Below, piece by piece: positions 1-6,745 of a stretch of DNA of 19,276 bases. The position numbers were made by a program, and so were the translations under genes. The stretch's first letter is position 1. Each line of letters starts with the position of its first letter. The DNA lies in the IMG/VR virus record IMGVR_UViG_2617270963_000006. The stretch is one strand, 5' to 3'. The stretch is from a virus (taxonomy: Duplodnaviria > Heunggongvirae > Uroviricota > Caudoviricetes). The notes beneath the pieces are model-generated. The model did not search any database. It saw only the letters and a list, made by a program, of their open reading frames with translations, and was not told where the DNA came from.

Positions 1-324
1 CTTTTTCCAGAGGCGGTCGAACTCCGCCTTCGCAAAATAAGCGGAAGCCTGGCGAAGGATATCGTTACTGCGGCGCAGTTCACGATTTTCACGTTCCAGC
101 TCTTTCAGACGCTGACGTTCAGCGGTGGTGAGCCCTCCATCACCGCCCCCGGTATCCCGCTCATGCTGGCGAACCCAGACACGCAGAGTCTCCGGCGTAC
201 AGCCAATCTTTGGAGCAATGGAACAAATTGTCGCCCATTGTGAGTCATATTCGCTCTGACTTTCCAGAACCATACGGACTGCCCGTTGACGGACTTCGGG
301 GGAAAAACGAGTATTTTTAGTCAT
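1..324 (-). CDS. IS3-family transposase OrfA (108 codons; stop codon lies just outside the window)
   Basis: Minus-strand translation from ATG at 322-324 gives [108 protein letters not shown], an HTH/leucine-zipper OrfA typical of IS3-family elements. Absent from the ORF track because it has no in-window stop. Confidence 0.8.
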   Translation of the reverse strand, partial: MTKNTRFSPEVRQRAVRMVLESQSEYDSQWATICSIAPKIGCTPETLRVWVRQHERDTGGGDGGLTTAERQRLKELERENRELRRSNDILRQASAYFAKAEFDRLWKK

Positions 325-378
325 CCTGTTTACCTCTTTCTCAGGAAGTTTAGTCTCCAGGATTCCCGGGGCGGTTCA
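1..378 (-). mobile_element. IS3-family insertion sequence, IS629/IS1203-like, copy A (partial; body continues left of window). Terminal inverted repeat ends at 378.
   Basis: Reverse complement of 340-378 reads TGAACCGCCCCGGGAATCCTGGAGACTA, followed by an RBS and the transposase OrfA start. The same 14-nt terminus occurs at 18868 on the plus strand. Confidence 0.8.
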
Positions 379-1812
379 GTTTTCCCTGGCTTTATTGAGT
401 TCCTCCCTCAGTTCCTGGTATTTCGTTTCTACAGATGAGACATTTTCCAGTGATTGCGTGTCCTCATTATGTTTAACTGGAATTTCTTCCACTGATTCAG
501 GCGCTGCCTGTTCATTAGCCATTGTGTCCGATGTTTGTTGCTTTTCTTCATCGCCATGTTTTCCTTCTGCTGTTCCGCGCTGCGGCATCGGTGCTGATGA
601 GCGACCGCAGGCAATTTCCACGATTTCCGGATCCGGGTTAGCGTGATCGGTTTCGGTCAACACTTTGTTGAGATATTCAGTCACGCGTGCCGGGATGGCC
701 TCAATGCCGATTGGTGCTTCTTTCACGGAAGCCACCACAATGGCGCGGGAATAATCCAGCCCACCGGGCATGGCGATAAATTTGTCGCGAAAAACAGAAA
801 AGGGCGGCTTATTCTCTGACACGATTTCTTCAACGCGTTTTGCGTGTGCTGGGTGCAGGTTATAAATATCCACATCCATTGAACGGGCCAGAACGCCGGT
901 GGCTACATCTCGTGCGAGTGATGTCTTATCATGTTTGAATCCTTCACCACGATCGGTAATATTTCCGCCGCCAGCGTTAGCACCGGAAGGCGTACGGGTA
1001 ATGCCTGAAACATAATTTCCGTTCTGCCATTCTTTTGTCAGCAGGCCCTGATCAAGGTAGTCAGTTTTCATCCAGGTGGAAATGAACTTGTCGAATTCAG
1101 CCGGGCTGATGCGATGATTTGCAGAGTGGGGGAATGCTTTCCCTACAGATTCAGCCAGGCGACTAAGGTGATAGTTCGTCAGTTTATCCAGTTCATGATG
1201 CGCGGCGCGCACAGCAGTAAGCAGGCTCTGAAGGTAACTGTCCTCTGTGTCCATCTCCATACGGATCACGTTATTGCGTTGTTCTGGTGTGGCATGATGC
1301 CGGTATTTTCCATCTTCATCTTTGCTGAATAAGAAGAGGTGAAGGAAGCGATGAGTAAGGCTCAGAGTGGCGACGGGAATTTCACACTCAGAACAGTCAT
1401 CGTCGCTGTCCGGGGATTCGTTTTTCTCCACATCATCCGGAATAGTTCCGTCCGGGTCATCGTTGTCATCGCCAGCAGTTGTGGCATCTTCACCGTTGAT
1501 GTTGTCATTGAAGGGTATAGCCATCATGGTGATGCCATCTTCCCCGCCTTTTTCATAGCGGTTGCAGAATTCAGTATCAAACACGCCTTCCGGTGGAAGG
1601 TCATTCACGACGGGGAAATTTACGCGAACGGGTTTTTTGAAATCATCCTCGTCGTAGCCTGCATCGTCCATGGCTGCAATGCAGCGGGAAACTGCGACAG
1701 AAAGTTTTCTGGCATCAGCCCAGAAAAAACCGCCTTTGATGCCAAGGCGTTTTCTGACTTTATCGTTTTTTGCTTCGCAGTGTAGTGCAAAAGTCTGTTT
1801 ATCAGCGCTCAT
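376..1812 (-). CDS. hypothetical phage early protein, 478 aa, with a strongly acidic D/E-rich segment; C-terminus probably truncated by the IS insertion
   Basis: Long ORF in the track with ATG start and GAGG about 11 nt upstream. Its stop codon TGA is the first three bases of the IS terminal repeat (376-378). No family recognised. Confidence 0.55.
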   Translation of the reverse strand: MSADKQTFALHCEAKNDKVRKRLGIKGGFFWADARKLSVAVSRCIAAMDDAGYDEDDFKKPVRVNFPVVNDLPPEGVFDTEFCNRYEKGGEDGITMMAIPFNDNINGEDATTAGDDNDDPDGTIPDDVEKNESPDSDDDCSECEIPVATLSLTHRFLHLFLFSKDEDGKYRHHATPEQRNNVIRMEMDTEDSYLQSLLTAVRAAHHELDKLTNYHLSRLAESVGKAFPHSANHRISPAEFDKFISTWMKTDYLDQGLLTKEWQNGNYVSGITRTPSGANAGGGNITDRGEGFKHDKTSLARDVATGVLARSMDVDIYNLHPAHAKRVEEIVSENKPPFSVFRDKFIAMPGGLDYSRAIVVASVKEAPIGIEAIPARVTEYLNKVLTETDHANPDPEIVEIACGRSSAPMPQRGTAEGKHGDEEKQQTSDTMANEQAAPESVEEIPVKHNEDTQSLENVSSVETKYQELREELNKAREN

Positions 1813-1919
1813 TGTATTTAAACCTCTGGCTGGATTAGAATTAGAGGCCCTTTGTCTGATTTCTCCGAATACGGTGACGCAGGGAGAAATCCGGTAGCCT
1901 GCGCTGCCGGATTTTTATT

Positions 1920-2306
1920 TCAGTGGAAGGTTGCCTGGTTTGCTGTTTTGTGAGTTGTTTTTCCCTTTTCGTGCTGGCATTCAGAGCAGTCGCACTCAGA
2001 ATTTTCTCTTGCAAATTCAAGAGCCTGCGCCAGTGTATGGATTTGTTGTGCTCCAATGTTGCTTCTGACGACTTCACATGCAGCATGAATATATGGGCTT
2101 GGTGTTTTGCCATTTAACCCACATGAAACCAAACGACTGTCTTTATATTCGTTATTTCCAACTTCTGTAAGCACTGAAAAAGAAAATACAAAGTCGATTT
2201 TGTATTCTTTGCATATTTTACTGATGCGTTCTGCAATTTCTTTGAGTTCATTTATTGCATCAGGACTGGTTTCGGAAAATATTTCATTTTGCGCAAGTTC
2301 TTTCAT
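1920..2306 (-). CDS. hypothetical protein, 128 aa, C-terminal Cys cluster (CDCSEC), in an AT-rich segment
   Basis: ORF track; ATG start; weak RBS; same strand as the early-left operon. Confidence 0.4.
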   Translation of the reverse strand: MKELAQNEIFSETSPDAINELKEIAERISKICKEYKIDFVFSFSVLTEVGNNEYKDSRLVSCGLNGKTPSPYIHAACEVVRSNIGAQQIHTLAQALEFARENSECDCSECQHEKGKTTHKTANQATFH

Positions 2307-2379
2307 TTTGATTTTTCCGTGATTGATAATTAATGCGGTTTTTATTTCGGCAGATATGGAAGGTGTATTTTATTACTCG

Positions 2380-2601
2380 TCACAACGACTCTGCTTTTAC
2401 GGGTAAGCCATCGCGCCCGATGAAAACTTTAATCATGCAGTCGGTAATGCATGTTTTTGTTGTGAAGTTACGAATATAGAGTTTTCTCTTTTCAATATTG
2501 TTTGCTGAAGCGATATATGTCCGACCTTCATGAAGAACATAATCGCCAGGCGTCACGCACTGACGTGGTATTTCATCAGTTCCGAAGTGATGAGCAATCA
2601 T
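2380..2601 (-). CDS. hypothetical small protein (about 73 aa from the internal ATG; the ORF extends to a GTG at 2619)
   Basis: ORF track 2380-2619. The ATG at 2599-2601 is preceded by GGAGA with a 5-nt spacer. Confidence 0.3.
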   Translation of the reverse strand: MIAHHFGTDEIPRQCVTPGDYVLHEGRTYIASANNIEKRKLYIRNFTTKTCITDCMIKVFIGRDGLPVKAESL

Positions 2602-3058
2602 AATTATCTCCATTTTCACAAATGAACTTTGTTGATGCGGTGCCTGGTGCCTCCAGGTGGCGTTAACCAGTTAACAATTAACGCCGGGTCAGGGGACGAT
2701 GACTTTCCGTGACATCCTGTCGGTTTAACTGTTCCGCGTGCGCTGAGCCGCATTCACCGCATCACAAAATTCACTTTAAAAAGGGCGGACATCAGCAATC
2801 GGCAAACCGATATCCGCCAAGGGTTACACACAGCAATGTTGTTATTCACAACCGGAAGCGCACGGTCGAAGAAATCTAACGACAATCCTTCTATGGGAAA
2901 GAGTCTTCGCCTCGCGCTTTCGTGTAGTACCCTGGCTTTTCAGGGTAATGTCTGTTCAGTAAAGTGAGAGTGCCGGAACTCACCCGTGTCCGGCGCACGA
3001 TCTCCACCTCACCCGTGGAGAACTCCTCAACTACAAACCCCGTAAGGAGAGTGAATTT

Positions 3059-3268
3059 ATGACACAAGAAGAAAAAGTGATGTTTCTGATGCGGCTGGCT
3101 GTCGATACCTACAATACACAATTCAGGGAGAAAGATATACCTCAAAAGGCAGTTCCTGCCGCGGTAGATAAGGGCGGTGCTATTGCCGTATTTTACGATG
3201 CATTTGAATCATTTTTTGATGAAAAACTCGACGCTGTTAGCGACTTCGGAACATCGAGTAATAAATAA
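3059..3268 (+). CDS. hypothetical small protein, 69 aa, opposite in orientation to the surrounding early-left genes
   Basis: ORF track; strong RBS AAGGAGAG 7 nt before the ATG; its 3' end overlaps the 3' end of the convergent minus-strand gene 3237-3596 by 32 nt. Confidence 0.4.
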   Translation: MTQEEKVMFLMRLAVDTYNTQFREKDIPQKAVPAAVDKGGAIAVFYDAFESFFDEKLDAVSDFGTSSNK

Positions 3269-3596
3269 CGTTCATTACGGTTCTTAAACAACAATCAGTG
3301 GGCTTGATGTTGTTCTTTTCAAGCTCACTTGCCATCACTTCCATTATTCTTGCGCTTACACGAATTATTTGGTGGCTGTAAGCGACGCAACTATCGCTGA
3401 TATTGCTGTTTATTTCTATTACTTCATTTTCACTGGCGGCGCTAAATTTGGATATGCCGTTTCCATTGTCCTGTTTCAGTGCTGTTTCCGCTATCCGGAT
3501 GCGTTCCTGCGTTGCGGAATTTGGGCTAAGTCGATAAACCTGTCTGGCATCTTCCAGAAGCAGGGCGATAATGTGCTTCAGTTCTGTTTCATTCAT
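3237..3596 (-). CDS. hypothetical protein, about 119 aa
   Basis: ORF track 3237-3617 (TTG); the internal ATG at 3594-3596 has GGAG with a 6-nt spacer. Confidence 0.45.
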   Translation of the reverse strand: MNETELKHIIALLLEDARQVYRLSPNSATQERIRIAETALKQDNGNGISKFSAASENEVIEINSNISDSCVAYSHQIIRVSARIMEVMASELEKNNIKPTDCCLRTVMNVIYYSMFRSR

Positions 3597-3627
3597 AGTT
3601 AACTCCGGTAGTTGCAATTTATTAATA

Positions 3628-3813
3628 TCAGGCGGTCAGCTTTTTAAGCTTCTGAACTGCTTTATTCATTTCATCCATACAGTCGATGAATTCGTCCAGT
3701 TTAAGCTGCATTTTTCCGGCGGCCTGAAGAATTTCAAGTTTTAAGGGCGCAAGTTTTTTGTTGTAATCGACGCAGGTTATTAACTCGCGGCCAGTAATAT
3801 TTTGGCTTGGCAC
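3628..3813 (-). CDS. hypothetical small protein, 61 aa (GTG start); overlaps 3734-4018 in another frame, so it may be the downstream half of a frameshifted gene
   Basis: ORF track; coiled-coil-like translation; no good RBS. Confidence 0.25.
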   Translation of the reverse strand: MPSQNITGRELITCVDYNKKLAPLKLEILQAAGKMQLKLDEFIDCMDEMNKAVQKLKKLTA

Positions 3814-4018
3814 GAGATCCGGGTCTTGAACCTACACAAACTATATAGCTCTCTTCTTTCCTCGGAAGGCCAGGTGCATCTAGCAGACGGCCTAGTTCGA
3901 ATTTTTTTACGTTGACACCAGGAGGAATCACCTCGACGATAAACCCGATTTTTACCTTCGTTACACCGTTTGATGAGCTTGACCATTTAACTTCATCGTT
4001 CAATTTGAACTTCATCAT
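3734..4018 (-). CDS. hypothetical protein, about 94 aa, immediately downstream of N
   Basis: ORF track 3734-4078; tandem ATGs at 4016-4018 and 4013-4015 preceded by GAGG; starts just after the N stop codon. Confidence 0.4.
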   Translation of the reverse strand: MMKFKLNDEVKWSSSSNGVTKVKIGFIVEVIPPGVNVKKFELGRLLDAPGLPRKEESYIVCVGSRPGSRAKPKYYWPRVNNLRRLQQKTCALKT

Positions 4019-4023
4019 TAACC

Positions 4024-4329
4024 TCAATCGTAATAAGCCGGAATTGATTTTCCGCGTTGTTTCTGGCGGCCTGAGCAAGTCACACCCATTTCACTGCGTG
4101 GTTTGCGGTAGTAAATACGGTTCTGTTTACTCTCGACTTCTTCTGCCTTCTTGCAGCGAAGGCTTCCGAGTGATACTGCTTTGTCTGCTCCGACGCAACC
4201 AGAGATCTTTAGCGCAATCTTCCGTGTCAGTCTTTCACTACTGCGCCGCTCTGCAATAAGTTCTTCCCTGCGAGCTTTATAGCGGCTTTTTGCCGTACCT
4301 TTGGATTCTTTCCAGATTATGGTTACCAT
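4024..4329 (-). CDS. N: N-like transcription antitermination protein (about 101 aa)
   Basis: Arg-rich N-terminus (SRYKARREELIAERRSSER) and a C-terminus (YYRKPRSEMGVTCSGRQKQRGKSIPAYYD) closely resembling the lambda N C-terminus. ATG at 4327-4329 with AGGAGA 5 nt upstream. Sits downstream of a nut-like site and leftward of cI. Confidence 0.7.
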   Translation of the reverse strand: MVTIIWKESKGTAKSRYKARREELIAERRSSERLTRKIALKISGCVGADKAVSLGSLRCKKAEEVESKQNRIYYRKPRSEMGVTCSGRQKQRGKSIPAYYD

Positions 4330-4439
4330 GATGGTCTCCTTTAAGTGGCTTTGGTGTATGACGCGTCGAGGTGTTTTTCTTCTCGATCGCGGCCTTGCAA
4401 CTGAAATTCGCGTCATCCCCAAAACCACTTAGATTTTGG

Positions 4440-4479
4440 TCTCAACGGTTAGGTTGAGAGTCCATCAATGTTAAAGAGC
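4440..4479 (-). promoter_or_regulatory. nutL-like site: boxA (GCTCTTTAACATTG) followed by a boxB hairpin (TCTCAAC-CTAACC-GTTGAGA) on the minus strand
   Basis: Read directly on the minus strand. The same boxA string recurs downstream of cro at 6087-6101. Confidence 0.5.
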
Positions 4480-4662
4480 CGGCCAATCTGTTCCGTTTGG
4501 CTTCCAGCGTCCTGCTGTTGAATTGAAGATGACCTAAGTTATCTGGTTGCGCAATAACTATATTTATCATTTTATGAAAAACGTTATAAATGACTGATAA
4601 CAAAAATATTTTATTTTTTGTGGTATCCGCGTGATATTTTCAAGGGGGAAAGGCTGATTGTT

Positions 4663-4884
4663 ATGGGTGATTGCATGTTAATCGAAGGGGAATTTGGTGT
4701 GTTGCACCAGCGGGTAGTCGAAATTCTAGGGGTGTCGTTGCTTGAGGTTATTGCTACTGGGGAAGCTATTTCAGCAGATGCTATTGCGGGAATGATCCGA
4801 GTGCTTCACCATGATGAATTGGATGATCTCGCTGTGAAGTTAGCTATAGATGTGTTACTTCAGGATATGCGACTGTGTAATTAA
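4663..4884 (+). CDS. hypothetical small acidic protein (about 73 aa) between nutL and cI, opposite in orientation to both
   Basis: ORF track 4618-4884; ATG at 4663 preceded by AAGGGGGAAAGG; AT-rich upstream region; hairpin immediately downstream. Confidence 0.4.
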   Translation: MGDCMLIEGEFGVLHQRVVEILGVSLLEVIATGEAISADAIAGMIRVLHHDELDDLAVKLAIDVLLQDMRLCN

Positions 4885-4917
4885 GTAAATAAAACCCGGC
4901 ACTGGAGCCGGGGGATT
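4885..4917 (-). terminator. rho-independent terminator for leftward (cI) transcription
   Basis: Hairpin CCCGGC-ACTGGA-GCCGGG at 4895-4912; on the minus strand it is followed by TTTTATTTA. Confidence 0.5.
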
Positions 4918-5036
4918 TAGAAATGGCATTTTATGAATTGGCTACTTGGCGAATGGTTTACCATCGGTGGTATTGAGCACAATAAAAGGCCGTTCTTCGT
5001 GAGTGTTCTTATAGCAAAAGTTCAGTTGGAGTCTGA

Positions 5037-5744
5037 TTACCAGCTATGTGATGACCAGAACACTCGCCCTATGATTCTTACGTTTTTGTAGAATTCTTCT
5101 CTGTTCATTACTTCATCAGGATACTCTTCGCGGTTTATCGATCTGATAATTACCGATGTTGGCGTGGCTATGAGCGTTTTTACCCTTAACAAATCAGCTT
5201 GGCAAATTGCATATGTTTTACCATCCCTGATGCTCGTATCTTGCGTGTTTACCCCCACCACATCACCATCATGGAGTGTTGGCTCCATGCTTTGCCCAAC
5301 AACCCTGACCAACTTTGCCGCTTTTTCTGGAACTCCCATTTTTTTCAGGTAATAGCGCCTAAAAACTAGAGAGAATTCTGCGGACTCCTCCAATGCACAA
5401 CTTCCTCCGCCAGCTGAAAGTGAAATATTTAGAAGGGGGAGCGCAACAAATTCGTCATTATCATTTTGATGATCATCCCAGGCGATAGCTTTTAAAGATG
5501 ATTCCCGAGCATTAGATGGCTCTTCTGCGCTCTGTGGTCTCATTGACCCTATACCAGAGCTTAGCCATTCAGGGCGAACTCTTAACGCGTTGGCTAATTC
5601 GACCATTTTACGTGATCCGGTTGTTTTACCAGATGACATCTTTTGTATGGCTGGTTGTGATACCCCCACCATGTCTGCAAGTTGTGCTTGTGACAACCCG
5701 GCTGAACTCATGGCGGCATTTAGTCTTTCTGCGAATGTTTTCAT
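5037..5744 (-). CDS. cI: CI-type prophage repressor (N-terminal HTH, C-terminal S24/LexA-like autocleavage domain)
   Basis: The translation has an N-terminal HTH (LSQAQLADMVGVSQPAIQKM), a possible Ala-Gly cleavage site (SAGGG) and the S24 motif GQSMEPT. It is divergent from the cro-like gene. Confidence 0.85.
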   Translation of the reverse strand: MKTFAERLNAAMSSAGLSQAQLADMVGVSQPAIQKMSSGKTTGSRKMVELANALRVRPEWLSSGIGSMRPQSAEEPSNARESSLKAIAWDDHQNDNDEFVALPLLNISLSAGGGSCALEESAEFSLVFRRYYLKKMGVPEKAAKLVRVVGQSMEPTLHDGDVVGVNTQDTSIRDGKTYAICQADLLRVKTLIATPTSVIIRSINREEYPDEVMNREEFYKNVRIIGRVFWSSHSW

Positions 5745-5854
5745 ACCTGTAATCTATAACCACGGTTATCAAAAGTAAAACAACAATTGTTATTGCTCTG
5801 GTGTATAACTCATGTTATTTTTGGTTATGCTTTATTTGCTGTAGAGGTATGCTC
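5745..5854. promoter_or_regulatory. OR-like operator/promoter region between cI and cro, with 14-bp palindromic sites of form ATAAC-N4-GTTAT
   Basis: ATAACCACGGTTAT at 5756-5769 and ATAACTCATGTTAT at 5805-5818. A weaker match (ATAACTATATTTAT, 4554-4567) lies in the putative OL region. Confidence 0.5.
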
Positions 5855-6079
5855 ATGAATTTAGTGATTCAGCGAGCCTTGAATATTGTTGGCAGTCAAA
5901 AACGACTTGCAGCTGATTGCGGCGTATCACAGCCCGCTGTTCATAAATGGTTGCGAGGCGGAAAAGTTTCTCCTGAAAAAGTTTTCGCTATCGTTAATGC
6001 CACCAATGGTCAGGTTAAGGCTTACGAAATTCGCCCGGACTTACCGCACCTGTTTCCTCATCCGAACCAGGCTGAATAA
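5855..6079 (+). CDS. cro: Cro-like HTH regulator (74 aa)
   Basis: ATG at 5855 with GAGG 7 nt upstream; HTH motif (QKRLAADCGVSQPAVHKWLRG); divergent from cI. Confidence 0.65.
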   Translation: MNLVIQRALNIVGSQKRLAADCGVSQPAVHKWLRGGKVSPEKVFAIVNATNGQVKAYEIRPDLPHLFPHPNQAE

Positions 6080-6086
6080 GTAACAC

Positions 6087-6127
6087 CGCTCTTTAACATT
6101 GCTGGTCGTTCACCTCTAACAGGGTGA
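6087..6127 (+). promoter_or_regulatory. nutR-like site: boxA CGCTCTTTAACATTG plus boxB-like hairpin TCACC-TCTAACAG-GGTGA
   Basis: Read directly; boxA is identical over 14 nt to the nutL boxA. Confidence 0.5.
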
Positions 6128-6195
6128 GCAAACATCAGTGGCAAACCCATTGGGGATTGCCGCTTAACCCCATATCAATATAGGAAAATTAACAA

Positions 6196-6492
6196 ATGTC
6201 ACAAACAAGTTACAGCAAACTGTCACAGCGCGATATCGATCGCGCTGAAACGGATTTACTTATCAACCTGTCAGCTCTGACGCAAAGGGGACTGGCGAAG
6301 ATGATTGGCTGCCATGAATCGAAGGTCAGTCGTACCGACTGGCGATACATCGCGGCGATTTTATGCGCGTTCCAGATGGCATCTGATATCAGTCCGATCA
6401 GCCGGGCTTTCCAGCATGCCATTAACGTTCATGCAAATAAAAAACGTCCGGTTGGGGCCGGACGTTCTGAGCAAATCCTGATGAACATCTGA
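6196..6492 (+). CDS. cII: CII-like transcriptional activator (98 aa)
   Basis: C-terminus NKKRPVGAGRSEQILMNI resembles the lambda CII C-terminus (NKKRPAATERSEQIQMEF, recalled); central HTH; position after cro and nutR. Confidence 0.7.
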   Translation: MSQTSYSKLSQRDIDRAETDLLINLSALTQRGLAKMIGCHESKVSRTDWRYIAAILCAFQMASDISPISRAFQHAINVHANKKRPVGAGRSEQILMNI

Positions 6493-6562
6493 TATTCAGG
6501 CAGGGCATGGAGCAATACACGGGAATAATTCTGCCACATCTGGAAGAATTTCGCCAGCAACA

Positions 6563-6621
6563 ACACCAACCGCAGCAGCCTGAAGCCGATTGGGTTAACC
6601 CGGAGATACCGGGACCGTCTG
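6563..6621 (+). repeat. iteron-like direct repeat, copy 1 (about 58 bp)
   Basis: ACACCAACCGCAGCAGCCTGAAGCCGATTGGGTTAACCCGGAGATACCGGGACCGTCTG; a near-identical copy follows at 6653-6712. Confidence 0.6.
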
Positions 6622-6652
6622 TGAAGATGTGCAGTCACACCAATGTGCAGTC

Positions 6653-6712
6653 ACACCAACCGCAGCAGCCTGAAGCCGATTGGGTTAACCCGGGAGATAC
6701 CGGGACCGTCTG
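6653..6712 (+). repeat. iteron-like direct repeat, copy 2 (one extra G relative to copy 1)
   Basis: Direct comparison with 6563-6621. Confidence 0.6.
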
Positions 6713-6745
6713 CGGTATGGAGTAAATCTTGTATGCGAGGGGACT

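Noticed and set aside
395-1785. Plus-strand track ORFs (395-646, 1114-1332, 1339-1785, 1367-1558) inside the 478-aa minus-strand gene
   Set aside because: Antisense shadow ORFs nested entirely within a longer ORF; no RBS and low-complexity translations.
3800-3910. tRNA-like or terminator-like sequence (GGTTCAAGACCCGG on the minus strand; TTCGAATTTTTTT on the plus strand)
   Set aside because: No acceptable cloverleaf (T-stem arms not complementary) and the region lies inside a plausible coding frame; the T-run is not preceded by a convincing stem.
6507-6725. 72-aa ORF spanning the two upstream iterons
   Set aside because: The reading frame is generated by the repeats themselves (repeated HQPQQPEADWVNP) and has a poor RBS; more likely a duplicated fragment of the initiator gene or origin than a gene.
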